Assembly (NCBI RefSeq): GCF_030144855.1
Contig: NC_082715.1
Coordinates: forward strand, 127,286,001 to 127,350,000
DNA: 64,000 nt
Direction of reading: 5' to 3'
DNA from: Hypanus sabinus
Taxonomy: Eukaryota
In this document: positions 1-12,239 of the stretch, piece by piece
Position numbering within the stretch: the stretch's first letter is position 1
How the letters are laid out: each line of letters opens with the position of its first letter
Notes under the pieces: model-generated
What the model was told of the DNA's origin: nothing
What the model saw: the letters and a program-made list of their open reading frames with translations, nothing else
Databases searched by the model: none
Position numbers and translations under genes: made by a program

Positions 1-670
1 GTAGAACAATACGTACAACAAGCCGTTGTACGTGTTGATTTGACCACAGCATCTGCAGTGTACTTTGTGTGAGCAGAACAATAAATGGTTGCAGGAGAAC
101 TCGATAATGAAAGGGTGAGACCACACTGGAGTACTGTGCGCAGTTTTAGGATTCTTCTTGAGAAAACTGCATGTATTAAAGAGGAAATGAGGTGAAAAAT
201 TCTCCAGACTAGTTCTGGAGTGACAGGTCTGTTGTACGAGAGGGGACTGAGTAGACGAGGTCTCTATTCTGTAACATAACATAAAATGCTGGAAACACGC
301 AGCGGGTCAAGCAGCGTCTCAGCAAAAGAGATAGAGTTAACTTTTCAGGTCTCATATCTTCTGTCAGTTCTGAGAAAGAATGGGAATAATTTGCAGGATG
401 GGTTTGGGAGGGATTTGGGAAGTAATCACAAAGATGGAAGGTTAGGACAGAGGGAGTGTTTCTCATAGGACAAGGACAGGATTGAAGTGGCAATGCACAC
501 TGCAGATGAAATTATTCTGATAATAAGAATACACAAAGAAAGGGAAATGACTCCTCCCCGGGTTATGGCCGTATTCAGTTCCCGTGAACTGCTTGTAACC
601 TGGACTATTTGTAAATTGGAAACACCACTACAAACCGAACTCCCACTTGGTAGAAGTTGCCTGCAGCTCC

Positions 671-778
671 TTAGCAGCCAGGAAATCGTACTGCTGATTC
701 CCCAAAGCCTGGCTCATGCTCGTGCTTCAGGTGGTCATCATCTGGAGAGGGTGTCGATACGAGCTGTGGAAGGCAGGG
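671..778 (-). CDS. Candidate terminal exon of an unidentified minus-strand gene (PCLPQLVSTPSPDDDHLKHEHEPGFGESAVRFPGC*)
   Basis: Pyrimidine-rich acceptor (..acacgtcctgcag|) in non-repetitive sequence; phase-compatible with the 4281-4385 candidate. No recognised homology. Confidence 0.15.
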   Translation of the reverse strand, partial: PCLPQLVSTPSPDDDHLKHEHEPGFGESAVRFPGC

Positions 779-854
779 CTGCAGGACGTGTAGCAGATCA
801 GGGGAGGGGAAAAGACAAGTCTGTATTATAGGTGGATGAAGTACAATGGAAGGT

Positions 855-1130
855 GGCGGAGTGTCACAGTGGTTAGTGCTCTGAGGAGCCAAGTTCAACC
901 CTGACCTATGGGGAGTCCACACGTTCTCTCTCTGACTGTGTGGCTGTCATTTCCTCCCACTCGGTGTGGTACAGAGGGATTAACTGGCTGCTGCAGAAAT
1001 GCCCCTTGAGCAGGCACACGGCACAAGAATCAACAGGAGAGAGAGTTGATGAGAACGTGAGAGAAAAAACAAGGATTAATGAAAATTGTCGCTTGATGTT
1101 CAGCATGGCTGAAAGGCCTGTTTCTATGTA
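855..1130 (+). mobile_element. Degenerate HE1-type (tRNA-derived) SINE
   Basis: tRNA-like head (cacagtggttag...gttcaaccctgacc), central tttcctcccac motif, CR1-like tail (ggctgaaaggcctgtttct). Confidence 0.6.
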
Positions 1131-1169
1131 ATAAACCTGTATGAGCAACGGCCAGTGAAAGGGGAGATT

Positions 1170-1472
1170 AGAGGAGAAACAAAACCAGAGGACATGGGTT
1201 AAGGGTGAAGGGGGAAAAGTTTAAAGGGAACATTGGGGGGGGGGCTTCTTCACACAGAGAGTGGTGGGAGTGTGGAGTGAGCTGCCAGATGAAGTGGTAA
1301 ATGCGGGCTCACTTTTAACATTTAAGAAAAACTTGGACAGGTACGTGGATGAGAGGTGTATGGAGGGATATGGGCCAGGTGCAGGTCACTGGGACTAGGC
1401 AGAAAAATGGTTCAGCACAGCCAAGAAGGGCCAAAAGGCCTGTTTCTGTGCTGTAATGTTCTATGGTTCTAT
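1170..1472 (+). mobile_element. CR1 LINE 3' end
   Basis: End of ORF2 (TRGHGLRVKG...FFTQRVVGVW) plus 3' UTR ending gttctatggttctatg. Confidence 0.8.
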
Positions 1473-1697
1473 GTAAGCAAGCTACTTGAGATTTCTACAG
1501 GACACCAGGTTGAAGAAGTGCTATTGAATCACTGCTTCAGCATAAGCTCTGGAAAACCCCTGGAGAGCAGGGATGTGAAAGGAGTGCCGTTACATTCCTT
1601 GAGATTGCATAGGGAAGTATTGTGGTTGCTGGGGATGGAAGAACCAGTGGGAATGGGTCCCTGGGACCACTGAAAGGGGAAGAGGTACCTGATGGTG

Positions 1698-2810
1698 CAT
1701 TCAAAGTACATTTATCATCAAAGTGTGTATACAGAGTACAGCTCTGAGATTCAACCTCCTGCAGGCGGCCATAAAACAAAGAAACAGCATGGAACCTGTT
1801 CAAAGAATCATCAAACATCCAGTACGTGAAAAAGAAGAACGAATTGCGCAAATGGCAGCAAATGAGTGGGTAACACATAGAATATCAAACATCAGACCGG
1901 CGGTACTCAGGTTAGCCCCGTTCAGTGCCGCACTGCTAGCCAGTGCAAGCTGCAGGGCCATTCTTCACCAAAGCATCCCAGTCCGCATTGATCAAACCGC
2001 TCAAAAGCAGCAACGGAAAAGAGTAACCAGAACCCAGGAATGCATGCAACACGAACCTCAAAGTCCCCAAGATGATTCCACGCCCTCGCCGATCAATCCT
2101 TGCAATCTGGATACCAAGACTCATAGAGTCATAGAAAAGTACAGCACAGAAACAGGCCCTTTGGCCCATCTAGTCTATGTCAAGCCATTACGCTGCCTAC
2201 TCCCAAGGGACCATACCCCTGCCATCTATGTACATATATATCCAAACTTCTCTCGAACGTTGAAATCGAGCTCGCATACACCACTTGAACTTTCCTCCGA
2301 CAGCAGCTAACGAGAGGGAGAGGAAGTTCAGACAAGTACAGGCAGACAGCACTGACCATGCACCTGTCCTCTACTCTTGTCCTCCTCGACTTTGCTGGGC
2401 GCCTCAGTCGGAGAGAAGCAATGAAGTTGATCACGGGCTCACTCCCGCGAATGCCTCAATGGTATCGATCATGGACTCTCCCCCTGAACGCCTCAATTGA
2501 AGAGTAGCAATGGTGTCGATCACGGACTCACAGCCTGAATCAGAGAGAAGAAACGGTGTCAGTCATGGTCTCCTGGCCTTCAGGCCACACACTCCACTCC
2601 AAACCTCATTAAACTCTCTCAGCGGCAGCAAAGTGCCAGATCGCTCAATCAGCCCCAAAGCTCACCATCAAAGCGTAAATCTCAGGATCCAATCACACAC
2701 AATTTAGTAGAAGAATCATACCTGAAAGAAGAACGAGTGAAAAAAGAAGTTTTGTGAGCTGTCTGCAGGACGTCACCACTGGTCACGTTGTTCACTGGTG
2801 CCATCTTGCA
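1698..2810 (-). mobile_element. Non-autonomous retroelement with Rex1/Babar-type 3' tail; CR1 tail fragment inserted at about 2120-2290
   Basis: ttcaaagtacatttatcatcaaagt..ctctgagattc terminus is shared with many copies in the window (e.g. 4955, 12241, 37885); the minus-strand 5' end starts aagatggcacc. Confidence 0.5.
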
Positions 2811-3624
2811 CAAAGTTTGGAAAGATCCAAAAAGAGAAGTGAAGTCAGAGGTGGATCACGTGAGGGAAGGAGAGGGTGGAAATGACAACAAAAGGAAAGA
2901 AACTTTTATAGAACATTAAAGAGTGAACTCAGTCGGTCAGGCAGCATCTGTGGGACCAAATGGAGAGTGGACTTTTCAGGCCAGAATTTGCATCACTGTA
3001 ATCTCAGGTGCTAGCCGACCTGCTGAGTTCCTCCAACAGTCTGCTATTTGCTCCAGGTCTCTTGTGTCTCTGATGAAATCTTTATGTTCTGTAAGAGTGC
3101 ATGAGAGAGGGAGCAAGGGGTGAGGGAAGGGACACCAGCAGAAATGAAACAAAGACCACCCCACCAACAGACAGGCTGTGCTCAGTCCATTGCTCTTCCC
3201 AGGGAGACTAAGAGGTTGCTGAGTGCTTCCGGTACTTTCTGTTTCATTTTAGATTCCCAGCACCTGCAGTTCATTGCCTTTTATTTTCTGGCCACATCAT
3301 TTTCAATGCCGGACTCCAGAAATGAACGCCCTATCACAGGAAGAGATAGACCTCCCCCCCCCACCCCACCTGGCAGAGGATGTGCCCAGAGTATTGTTTG
3401 GGAATCCCCACTGACTCCTGGGACACCTGGCCCAGGGTTGCTCAGAGTGGGGGGGAAGTGTTGGGGACGGTAGTGGGAACCTTGTGTCAGTGCATTGCCA
3501 GCACGCAGGAGCTCACATCAGAGCCAACTGCCTCACCAACTACCCACCTACCCACCCCGTCAGGCACTTCCAGGAGTGCTTCAGCACCAAATACCCCAGA
3601 CCTTAAGGCAAAGGAGCAAAACTA

Positions 3625-4005
3625 GGTATTAATAGATTAGCTTATATACATAGACTGATTGTACTGTATGTACATAAGTTGATGCTAAGTAAGGAGTATA
3701 TATACATAAGGTGACTCTGAAGGGAAATTATGGGGGGGGGGGTTAGTGTGGTGGGGTGGATTAACTGGCAAAAGTGTTGATCAGCCTGACGGCTTGGAGG
3801 AATTAACTGTTTATGAGACCCATGGTCCTGGCCTCTTCCCTGGTGGTAGAGGGAAAAACAGTCCATAAGCAGGGTGGGTGGGATTCTTCATTATATTCCT
3901 CTCCTCTTTCCAGCACCTTTCCATATATACAGTCCGTCCTTGATGGAGGGTAGGCTGTTGCCAGTGTTGCTCTCTGGAGAAGGTCGTGAGTATTGATGCG
4001 CATAG
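3625..4005 (-). mobile_element. Rex1/Babar LINE 3' fragment
   Basis: Decayed ORF end (SHP..LF.LLP.GRR-type motif) and 3' UTR. Confidence 0.6.
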
Positions 4006-4280
4006 TCTCTTCAGCCTCCCCAGAAAGATGTAAAGATATCAGGCACTTCCTTTAGTTGCCTCTCCACGCCTGAGTGTATTTCTCACTCATCCATCCATCT
4101 CCCAGAATGGCTTCATTATTTATCAACGCGGAACGTCGTTCACAGGAAACACACTGAATGCATTCTTTCCACCTTAACTCAGTCTTGTATTTGGTGCCGT
4201 CATATCTCATGACATGCAAAGTGCTCGGAGGAATTCCTGGTGTCTTTTGTGCAAGGCATATATCGCACTGCTCAACTCAC

Positions 4281-4385
4281 GTTAGAAAACTGGTTGAAGA
4301 GTAGGTCTTCCAGTCCCTTGTCCTTGACAGAGTCAAAAATGAAGCTCACAAAAATGTTGCATTGCAAAACTGTCAAACCCATCAC
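4281..4385 (-). CDS. Candidate internal exon (VMGLTVLQCNIFVSFIFDSVKDKGLEDLLFNQFSN)
   Basis: ccttcttagtggtacag| acceptor, |gtgagt donor, 105 nt, only frame 0 is open; unique sequence. Product not recognised. Confidence 0.3.
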
Positions 4386-4429
4386 CTGTACCACTAAGAA
4401 GGACTAAGGGCTGAAGGTGAATATGAAAT

Positions 4430-4905
4430 GGTATTGCTTTATTGTTGTCACATTTACCACTCTACAGTGAAAGACTAAGTTGTACGTGGCATCCATACAG
4501 ACCATTTCAAAACATCAGCACAAGGGAAAAGCAGTAATATAATGTCACAGTTACAGAGAAAGTGCAGCGAGACAATAGTGAGCAGGGGCCACAATGAGCT
4601 AGATTACCAGGACAGGAGCTGTCCCTAAGCCTGATGGAGTGTGTTTTCAAACTTCTGTATCTTCTGCCCAGCGGAAGAGGAAGGAAAGAGAACGCCTGGG
4701 ATAAGAGGATCTTTGAATATGTTGGCTGATTTTATGAGACAGCAAAAAGTCTGGGGAGACACATAGGAAGGGAGGTAGGTTTTCGTGATGTCCATAATTC
4801 CCTGCCACTTTTTTGTGGTCTTGAACAAAACAGTTGCCATAATAAGATGTGATGTATTGGGATAGGATGTTTCCATGGCGCAGCTATCAAATCAGTGAAG
4901 GTCAG
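4430..4905 (-). mobile_element. Rex1/Babar LINE 3' fragment
   Basis: Decayed KSANIFKDP..PG.LF motif in ORF 4625..4876 followed by the family 3' UTR. Confidence 0.6.
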
Positions 4906-5274
4906 CTTCCTCTGCTAGTAATACAACATCCTAACTTGAAGTTACCTTTCAAAGTTCAAAGTAAATTTATTATCAAAGTACATATTCATCACCATATACA
5001 ACTTTGAGATTCATTTTCTTGTGGGTGTACTCAATAAATTCATGAGCAAGTAATAACCATAATAGAATCAATGAAAGACAGCACCTTTGTTATCTTATAA
5101 TCACAAAGATGATAATAAGGTAAACTAAATTTGAAGATAGGATACTATGAGATAATCTACTTTTACCTGGAACTCTGAGAGTACTCTGCAGCTGAAGAAA
5201 TTCAACAGCCTAAGAAGCGTGTACACTCCACCTTCTCATGGACAACCAGGGTTAGGACTGAGCTTAAGTTACCA

Positions 5275-5477
5275 CTCAATGCACTTCAGTAAACTATTTA
5301 AGAACTTTTTAAAAGCTATTTATTAATGCTTTTTGGGAGGGTGATTTTAGATGCATATCATATTTATACTGAGTTAAATACTGTATGTAATTAGTTTTGC
5401 TACAATAAGTGTATGGGACACTGGAAAAATGTTGAATTTCCCCTTGGGGATGAATAAAGTATCTATCTATCTATCTA
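5275..5477 (+). mobile_element. LINE 3' UTR ending in AATAAA + (TATC)n tail
   Basis: aatttccccttggggatgaataaagtatctatctatctatcta, a microsatellite-tailed non-LTR terminus. Confidence 0.65.
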
Positions 5478-5664
5478 AATGCTGGCCTTTTCAGAGATCT
5501 TTGCATTCTTAAACACTTACCCTAAACTCAATAATGCTACCACAAAATGGGTGGGAAATCATGTCAGGGACCTACCAATAAAAAAACAAGTGTCTAAATC
5601 AGGAACCAGGGACCAAAGAAAGAAGAAACAAATGATGAAACCTTATTAAATCATTGGGATATGT

Positions 5665-7010
5665 TAGAACATCAAACATGGAACAGTACATCACAGTACA
5701 GGCATTGCAGCCCACAATGTTGTGCCAACCTTTTAACCTGCTCCAAGATTAATCTAACCCTTCCCTCCCTTCATTTCTCATTCATCCATGTGTCGATTTA
5801 AGATTTTCCTAAATGTCCCCAATGTACCTACCACTAATACCACCCTAGCAACACATTATATGCATTCACCACTTACTGTGCAAAATAACTTACCTCTGTC
5901 ATCCTCCCTACGTTTTCCTCTGTTCATCTTAAAATTATTATCTCTTCCCAGGTCTACCTTGGGGAAAAAGTCACTGATAGTCCACTCTATCTATGCCTTT
6001 CATCATCTTATATACCTCTGTCAAGTAACCTCTCATCCTCCTTCACTCTAAAAGGAAAACACTAGCTCACTCAATCTTTCCTCGTGATACTGCTCGCTAA
6101 ACTAGACAGCATCATCACAAATTCGCTCTGCACCCTCTATAAAGCTTCCACATCCTTCCCATAATGAGTTGATCAGAACTGAACACAATGCTCCATTTGT
6201 GGTCTAACCGGTTTTATAGAGCTGCAACATTACCTCACAGCTCTTGAACTCAATCCCCCGACTATTAAAAGCCAACACATTATATACCTTCATAACCATC
6301 CGATCAATTTACACAACACAGCAACTTCGAGAGATCTATGAGCCTGGTTCCCAAAATCCCTCTGTTGCTCCACATTGTTAAGAATCCTGCCATTCTGCCT
6401 TCAAGATTGAAATTCCAATTGGAATCACTTCACACTTTTCCAGACTGAACTCCATCTGCTACTTTTCAGCCCAGCTCTTCACCCTCTCAATGTTCTGTTA
6501 TAACCTATACAATAGGGTCTTTTAAGAGACTTTTGGATAGGTACATGGAGCTTAGTAAAATAGAGGTGTGGTGAACTACATATACCTGTCTGGACACCCC
6601 CCCCCCCCCGCTGACTGCTTCTGTGGCTCCTCCCACAGACCCCGGTATAAAGGCGTTTGGGGCCTGAGCCCTGCCCTTGGTCTCCAAGATGTAGCATGGT
6701 GGTCAATTGCTGCTTGTTCTTTCTTCCAGTCAATAAAAGCCGATATCTCGCCTCACGTCTCAGAGAGTTATTGATGGTGCATCAAGAGGGCTATAGGTAA
6801 GCCTAGTAATTTCTAAAGTAGGGACATGTTCGGCACAACTTTGTGGGCCGAAGGGCCTGGACTGAACTGTAGATTTTCTGTGTTTCTATGTTTCTATAGT
6901 AATATTCTACACAATACACAACACCACTAGCCTTCATGACTTCTGCAAACTTACTGAACCACCCTTTCATTTCCTCATCCAAGTAGTTTACGAAAGTCAC
7001 AAAGAGTTCT
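5665..7010 (-). mobile_element. CR1 LINE 3' portion, interrupted at about 6510-6897 by an opposite-strand CR1 tail that itself carries a solo LTR
   Basis: Decayed RT C-terminal sequence parallels 10390-11290; the insert is the reverse complement of the tail at 10390-10545. Confidence 0.75.
6567..6784 (+). mobile_element. Solo LTR (218 bp)
   Basis: TG...CA ends, 5-bp TSD AGAGG (6562-6566 / 6785-6789), internal TATAAAG and AATAAA; partial second copy at 63481-63548. Confidence 0.85.
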
Positions 7011-8154
7011 GAAGCACTGTTAAATGCTCTTCTTGATTTTGCAATAAAATGGTTTCTTGTTGACATCACAAGACTTAACATGTAACGTTCTGTTACCCTC
7101 AGAGGACATGAGTAAGTGGTGAAGACTCCAACTTCAATTGAGAGAGCAGAAAACTGTCAGAAGTGCTATAAATCTAACAAAACATTATGAATAAGGCACA
7201 GCCTGTCATTTTCTGCGTAAACAAAAATATGAAATTATTTGGAAAAAGTGCAATATAGGCGACTCCACTGTTCCTCAATGTCATTATAACAGATAACTGT
7301 TCACTGTCAGATTGCTGCTTGTAGGTGTTCACTGTGCACAAATTAGCAGTGACGACACTAAATGCTAGGTTGTCGCTGGAACCCAAGTATAGAGGAATGA
7401 TAGGACTCTAATGTAGAGATGCCGATGAGAGCTTACTCATAGTAATTCCAAAAGAACATCGGTGGCTCGGCCGAGCGACGCCACAAGAAGTAACATTCTC
7501 AAAACTAGGACCACGCAATCAGCACTAATCAGGTGTCCACATGAATAATACAATTAACACGGAATTCCCGAACCTATCAAAATAAACTTAACAAGCTTTA
7601 ACAGAAGGCACCAGGAGACCATATTACAAAGAGTGAGTTGTTAGAGAAAAACACAAGGAACACAAACAATTAATGACTGTCATTAAACAACAATTGACCA
7701 GTTTGGGTGCTCTTAACAACCTCAGAGCCCAACACTCTCTGGCGCCCACAACAGGCCTGAAGAACACATTACACAGATAGGCATCATTGTCCGTCTGGAT
7801 GAGGTGGGGTGAAGGGCCTGTTTTGGTGCTGTATGATTCGATGAACAGCTACAGTAAAGGGCACTGCACCGTCTTCACAGTCATTTCCACTGAGCCCAGA
7901 TTTTTACTTCTAGTTTTATGGGAAGCTGGTGCATGTTTTCAGCCTTCAACATCAGGTTTCAAATGATTACAGAATTGTTTCAGCACAGGGAAGGACGTTC
8001 AGCCATTAGGTCCATACTCATCCCTGAAGCGTCCTGATGGAGGCCTGAAACGTTGACTGTTTACTCTTTTCCACAGATGCTGCTTGCCCTGCTGTGTTCC
8101 TCCAGCACTTTGTGTGTGTTGTTCATTCCTTGTCCTCCAGTTTTGAAAATCCAG

Positions 8155-8676
8155 AGATGACGCCCCCTCCCCTCAACCTTTCCTTGTCGCCCTGTGAATT
8201 GTTTTCCCAGCTTCCTTCTGAAGTCCCGATTGATTGTGTTTTTGACACGCGCATGCGTTGTGAGTTCCTGATCGTTCTCCAAGTGAAGATCACCTTCCTC
8301 TCAATGTGAGTCCATTGCCCAAAACAATGCGCAGTCAGCCCCGCTGCTTAGTTTCCTCGGGTTCCCAGCTCCAAGTTCACCATGAGAGAGCGGGGGGTGA
8401 CCTCGGTGATGGGCTTGGGTTTGGCGGTGGGACGGGGAAGCGAGGAGGACAGGTGGGCAGAGGGACCAGGCATTGCCGCGGGGCGCTACCTCATAAGAAT
8501 TTACAGCTCAGCCCGAATGCAGTGAAGTCGTAACCTGCCCTGGTTCGATGGGGCCGAGGAAAGTATGCGATTCCTATTAGGCCCGTTTACCGGAAGTGCA
8601 GCCATGTATGGAAGGGAAAGTGAACAGCAACCCCACCCTTTGCAATCTCCAATCCGCTATTCACCTGCATGTGAGT
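8155..8676. promoter_or_regulatory. CpG-rich, possibly bidirectional promoter region
   Basis: Local CpG/GC enrichment, NRF1-like GCGCATGCG (8249-8257), ETS/GABP CCGGAAGTG (8590-8598), GC-box-like tracts, GTGAGT donors on + at 8306 and 8671. Confidence 0.5.
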
Positions 8677-9824
8677 ATAGGTACCATCCCATCCCGGGGG
8701 CTTTGAGTTGGCGTTGTTGAATTGTGGGATAGAAAGCAACAAACTCTTTGTACATCCAGCCCCATCCTGGCACCTGAAGGTTAGACAGGGCAGGGACTTA
8801 TAACTAGGACTGTAGTAATTATATCTACCATAATTATAATAGGTTCATTATTTTCATGTGTACTGAGATACAGTGGAAAGTTTGGTTCTGCATGCCATCC
8901 GGTCAGATCCTTCCAAACACAAGGGCATCGGGGCAGTACAAAAGGGAAAAATGTAGAATACGGTGTAGTGTAGGCAGGCTTTAGTGTGGGGAGAGCTGGC
9001 TGATGTAGTTTTCCACCCGCAGGTTTCACCTGTCCTTTTTGTCCTTCCTAACAACCAGGCTCCGAGCCAAACTCATTCTTCCTGTTGACACCACAGCAAA
9101 CAGCTTATGCAATAACCTCCTATGCTGTAGAGCAGTACACACGTTTGAATGATGTGATTTAATACTTCTGTTCCATACTATGATATTAATATCCAACTGG
9201 TATGGGATGAATAGCCCTGAATACGAATAGCTTTGAAAGCATCGTCATTTATCAAGGTAATACATCACATGACATAAATTGCACGCTGCTACGCCTAACA
9301 AATGGCAGCTATTAAAATGACTGTTCTATAATACGATGACAATGGCTTGTAATCTTTCTGCAGAATTGTCACAGTGTTCACTGTTCTCTGATTTAATTCA
9401 ATCACTCAGAACTCTAGGGATTGCTGAGTTGAACTCTAGCAGCAGACCAGCAATCATCTGTCCCTGGTCCCAACATCAAATCTATTCCCCGCGCTTCGCA
9501 TCAACATTTCAAAGGCCCCTGTCAGATATTGTAGTTCCCTAATCATTTCAAGTGGATGGAGCAGGTTTTTTTTAAATGCAGATGACTGTGCCTCTTACCA
9601 GCTGGTTTAGTTTTCCAGTTGCCTTTCCTCTAATTTCAGATGATTTGATTAGCCTAGCTTCTGACCCCCGTAGGATTCCATTATTCTGTGCTAATCCTCT
9701 AGGGCTCCCTGTGCAATTGGAAGCAGATTATCAACATAACGAAGGTATTCTTTAAATACCTGCAGCTCTCCCTTGGCTTTGCTCGAGTACACGTGTGTGC
9801 GCGCGCGTGAACAACTGGGGTTCC

Positions 9825-10038
9825 TTAGATGGAAGTGATGGAGAGATAAATTAAACGTCGGGAACTCGACTCCAGCGCGGAGGAAGGTTCTGCACACAAA
9901 GAGCTGAAATGGTCAGGCCGTGGTAAACCTGACAGGGAGACTGGCTCTTGGCCACGTTCTCTGTACGGATTGGGATGTTGAGACCTGGGCAGAACTTCAT
10001 GTTCTTTGAGCCTGTTCTTCTCCTCATTTACAATCCAC
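9825..10038 (-). CDS. Candidate terminal coding exon (WIVNEEKNRLKEHEVLPRSQ...SSSRRLIYLSITSI*)
   Basis: cagtttctccag| acceptor, 70 open codons in unique sequence, followed by about 0.75 kb of repeat-free UTR-like sequence. Gene not recognised. Confidence 0.35.
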
Positions 10039-10389
10039 CTGGAGAAACTGTCCCGCATCGTTTACCCTCGGTGGTCAATTTTATCACAGAAACAGAGGCT
10101 GTGGAGAGGTAATCCTTTCCATCAGCTCAGGTTACTCCCTCTGAAGACTGAATAATCCCCTCCGTGGAGAGAAAAGATTAAGTTTTACAAGCACATTCAA
10201 CCCCTTTGGTTAGTTCTGCCATTCAATTATATCATAGCTGAACTGTGCCTCAACATATACAACTGTGATACACTATTACTTCCATATCTCCATTCACTTC
10301 CCTTTAGAATGCACCAAGTCCTTTCCAGTCAGGGAAGTATTTCTGAAGCATGCTCACTAATGTAACATGGGAAATATTGCAGACAATTT

Positions 10390-11290
10390 AGAAACATAGA
10401 AAACCTACAGCACAATACAGGCCCTTCAGCCCACAAAGTTGTGCCGAACATGTCCCTACCTTAGAACTCCCTAGGTTTACCCATAGCCCTCTATTTTTCT
10501 AAGCTCCATGTATCCATCCAGGAGACTCGTAAAGGACCCTATCGTTTCCGCTTCCACCACTGCCGCCGGCAGCCCATTCCATGCACTCTGCATAAAAAAC
10601 TTACCCCTGACATCTCCTCTGTACCTACTCCCCAGCACCTTAAAACTATGCCCTCTCGTGTTAGCCCTTTCAGCCCTGGGGAAAAGCCTCTGACTATCCA
10701 CACGATCAATGCCTCTCATTATCTTGTACAACTCTATCAGGTCACCTCTCATCCTCCGTCACTCCAAGGAGTAAAGGTCGAGTATACTCAACCTATTCTA
10801 ATAAGGCATGCTCCCCAATCCAGGCAACATCCTCGTAAACCTCCCCTGCAAACTTTCTAAGGTTTCCACATCCTTCCTGTGGTGAGGCGACCAGAACTGA
10901 ACACAGTACTCCAAGTGGGGTCTGACCAGGGTCCTATATAGCTGCAACATTACATCTCGGCTCTTAAACTCAATCTCACGATTAATGAAGGCCAATGCAC
11001 CATATGCCTTCTTAACCACAGAGTCCACTTGTGTAGCTGCTTTGAGTGTCCTATGGACTCGGACCCCAAGATCCCTCTGATACTCCACACTGCCGAGAGT
11101 CTTACTATTAACGCTATATTCTTCCATCATATTTGACTTTCCAAACTGAACCACCTCACACTTCTCTGGGTTGAACTCCATCTGCCACTTCTCAGCCCCG
11201 TTTTGCATCCTGTCCTGCTGTAACCTCTGACAGCCCTCCACACTATGCACAACACCCCCAACCTTTGTGTCATCAGCAAATTTACTAACC
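10390..11290 (-). mobile_element. CR1 LINE, 5'-truncated, relatively young
   Basis: ORFs 10798..11295 (SKFADDTK..., YRTLVRPHLEYCVQFWSP) and 10477..10752 (MRGDLIE.YKI, TRGHSFKV) are CR1 ORF2 C-terminal motifs; (TTTCTATG)-type tail. Confidence 0.93.
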
Positions 11291-11499
11291 CGCATTTAAT
11301 TTCTGCACCAATCGCCTCCCACAGGCAGGAACACAATAACAATCAGGTTCGAAGTTCAAAATCAACTTCATTATCAAAGTGTATATGTCACCATATACAA
11401 GCCTGAGATTCATTTTCCTGTAGGCATACTCAGCAAATCTATAACAGAATCAATGAAAAGGCAACAAATTAGACTGGAGAAGACAACAAGCTATGTAAA

Positions 11500-11545
11500 T
11501 ACAAGAAGAAGAAATAATAATAATAATAAGAAGAAGAAGAAGTAA
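11500..11545. repeat. Compound (AAG)/(AAT) microsatellite within a Rex1/Babar 3' UTR
   Basis: Directly visible. Confidence 0.85.
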
Positions 11546-11609
11546 TTAAACAATAAATATCAAGAATGTGTATCTTTGGAATGTTCATCAAGGGACAATT
11601 GTTGGCTCA

Positions 11610-12125
11610 GGATAATGGTGCAGCCAGCAGAGCCAGTTAGGTACTAGCCTCTGGGGCTCTGTCTGGGTCTTGCAGGTTCCCTCTCTGTGAACCAATGTCC
11701 GCCCTCATCTCCAAGGTGTGCAGGTTAGTAGGTTAACTGGCCACTGGGTGCAGAGTGAGTGCTGGCATCTGGGAGGTGTTGATGAGAATGAAAGGAGATG
11801 AGTAAATGGGCGAGTGGAGACCGGAGAGAAGTTGGCGCGTAGATAGGGTGGGTACTCGGAATTCGGATACAACGAAGCCAAGTACCAGAGGACAGGCATT
11901 TAAGGTGAGAGGAAGAACATCTAAAGGAGATGCACAGAGCATACGTTTTGCACAGAGGGTGATAGGTGCCGGGGTAGCAGTAGGGGCAGAAGCAATGCTG
12001 CTGCTTCAGAGGCTGTCAGATAGACAGGGGAATACGCAGTGAACGGATCGTGAGCAGGCAGAAGAGGTTTAGTTTAATTCAACACGGTGGACCAAGGGGC
12101 CTGCTTCTGTGCTGCACTGTTCTTT
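11610..12125 (+). mobile_element. HE1-type SINE fragment followed by CR1 3' end
   Basis: gtgcaggttagtaggttaactggcc SINE core; STRGQAFKVRG CR1 motif and tail. Confidence 0.6.
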
Positions 12126-12239
12126 GTTACTTGTTCTAGTAAAGGTTTGGTGGAAATAAGTGGCTGATGGTCACCATGGACCCAATGGCCCAAAAGCCTT
12201 GTTCCTGTGTTGTGCAATTCAATGATTATAACTCACCTT

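Noticed and set aside
487-831. 114-aa + strand ORF
   Set aside because: GTG start, no recognisable domain or splice context.
1723-2310. 195-aa ORF
   Set aside because: Antisense to a retroelement and runs through a CR1 tail insertion; no protein features.
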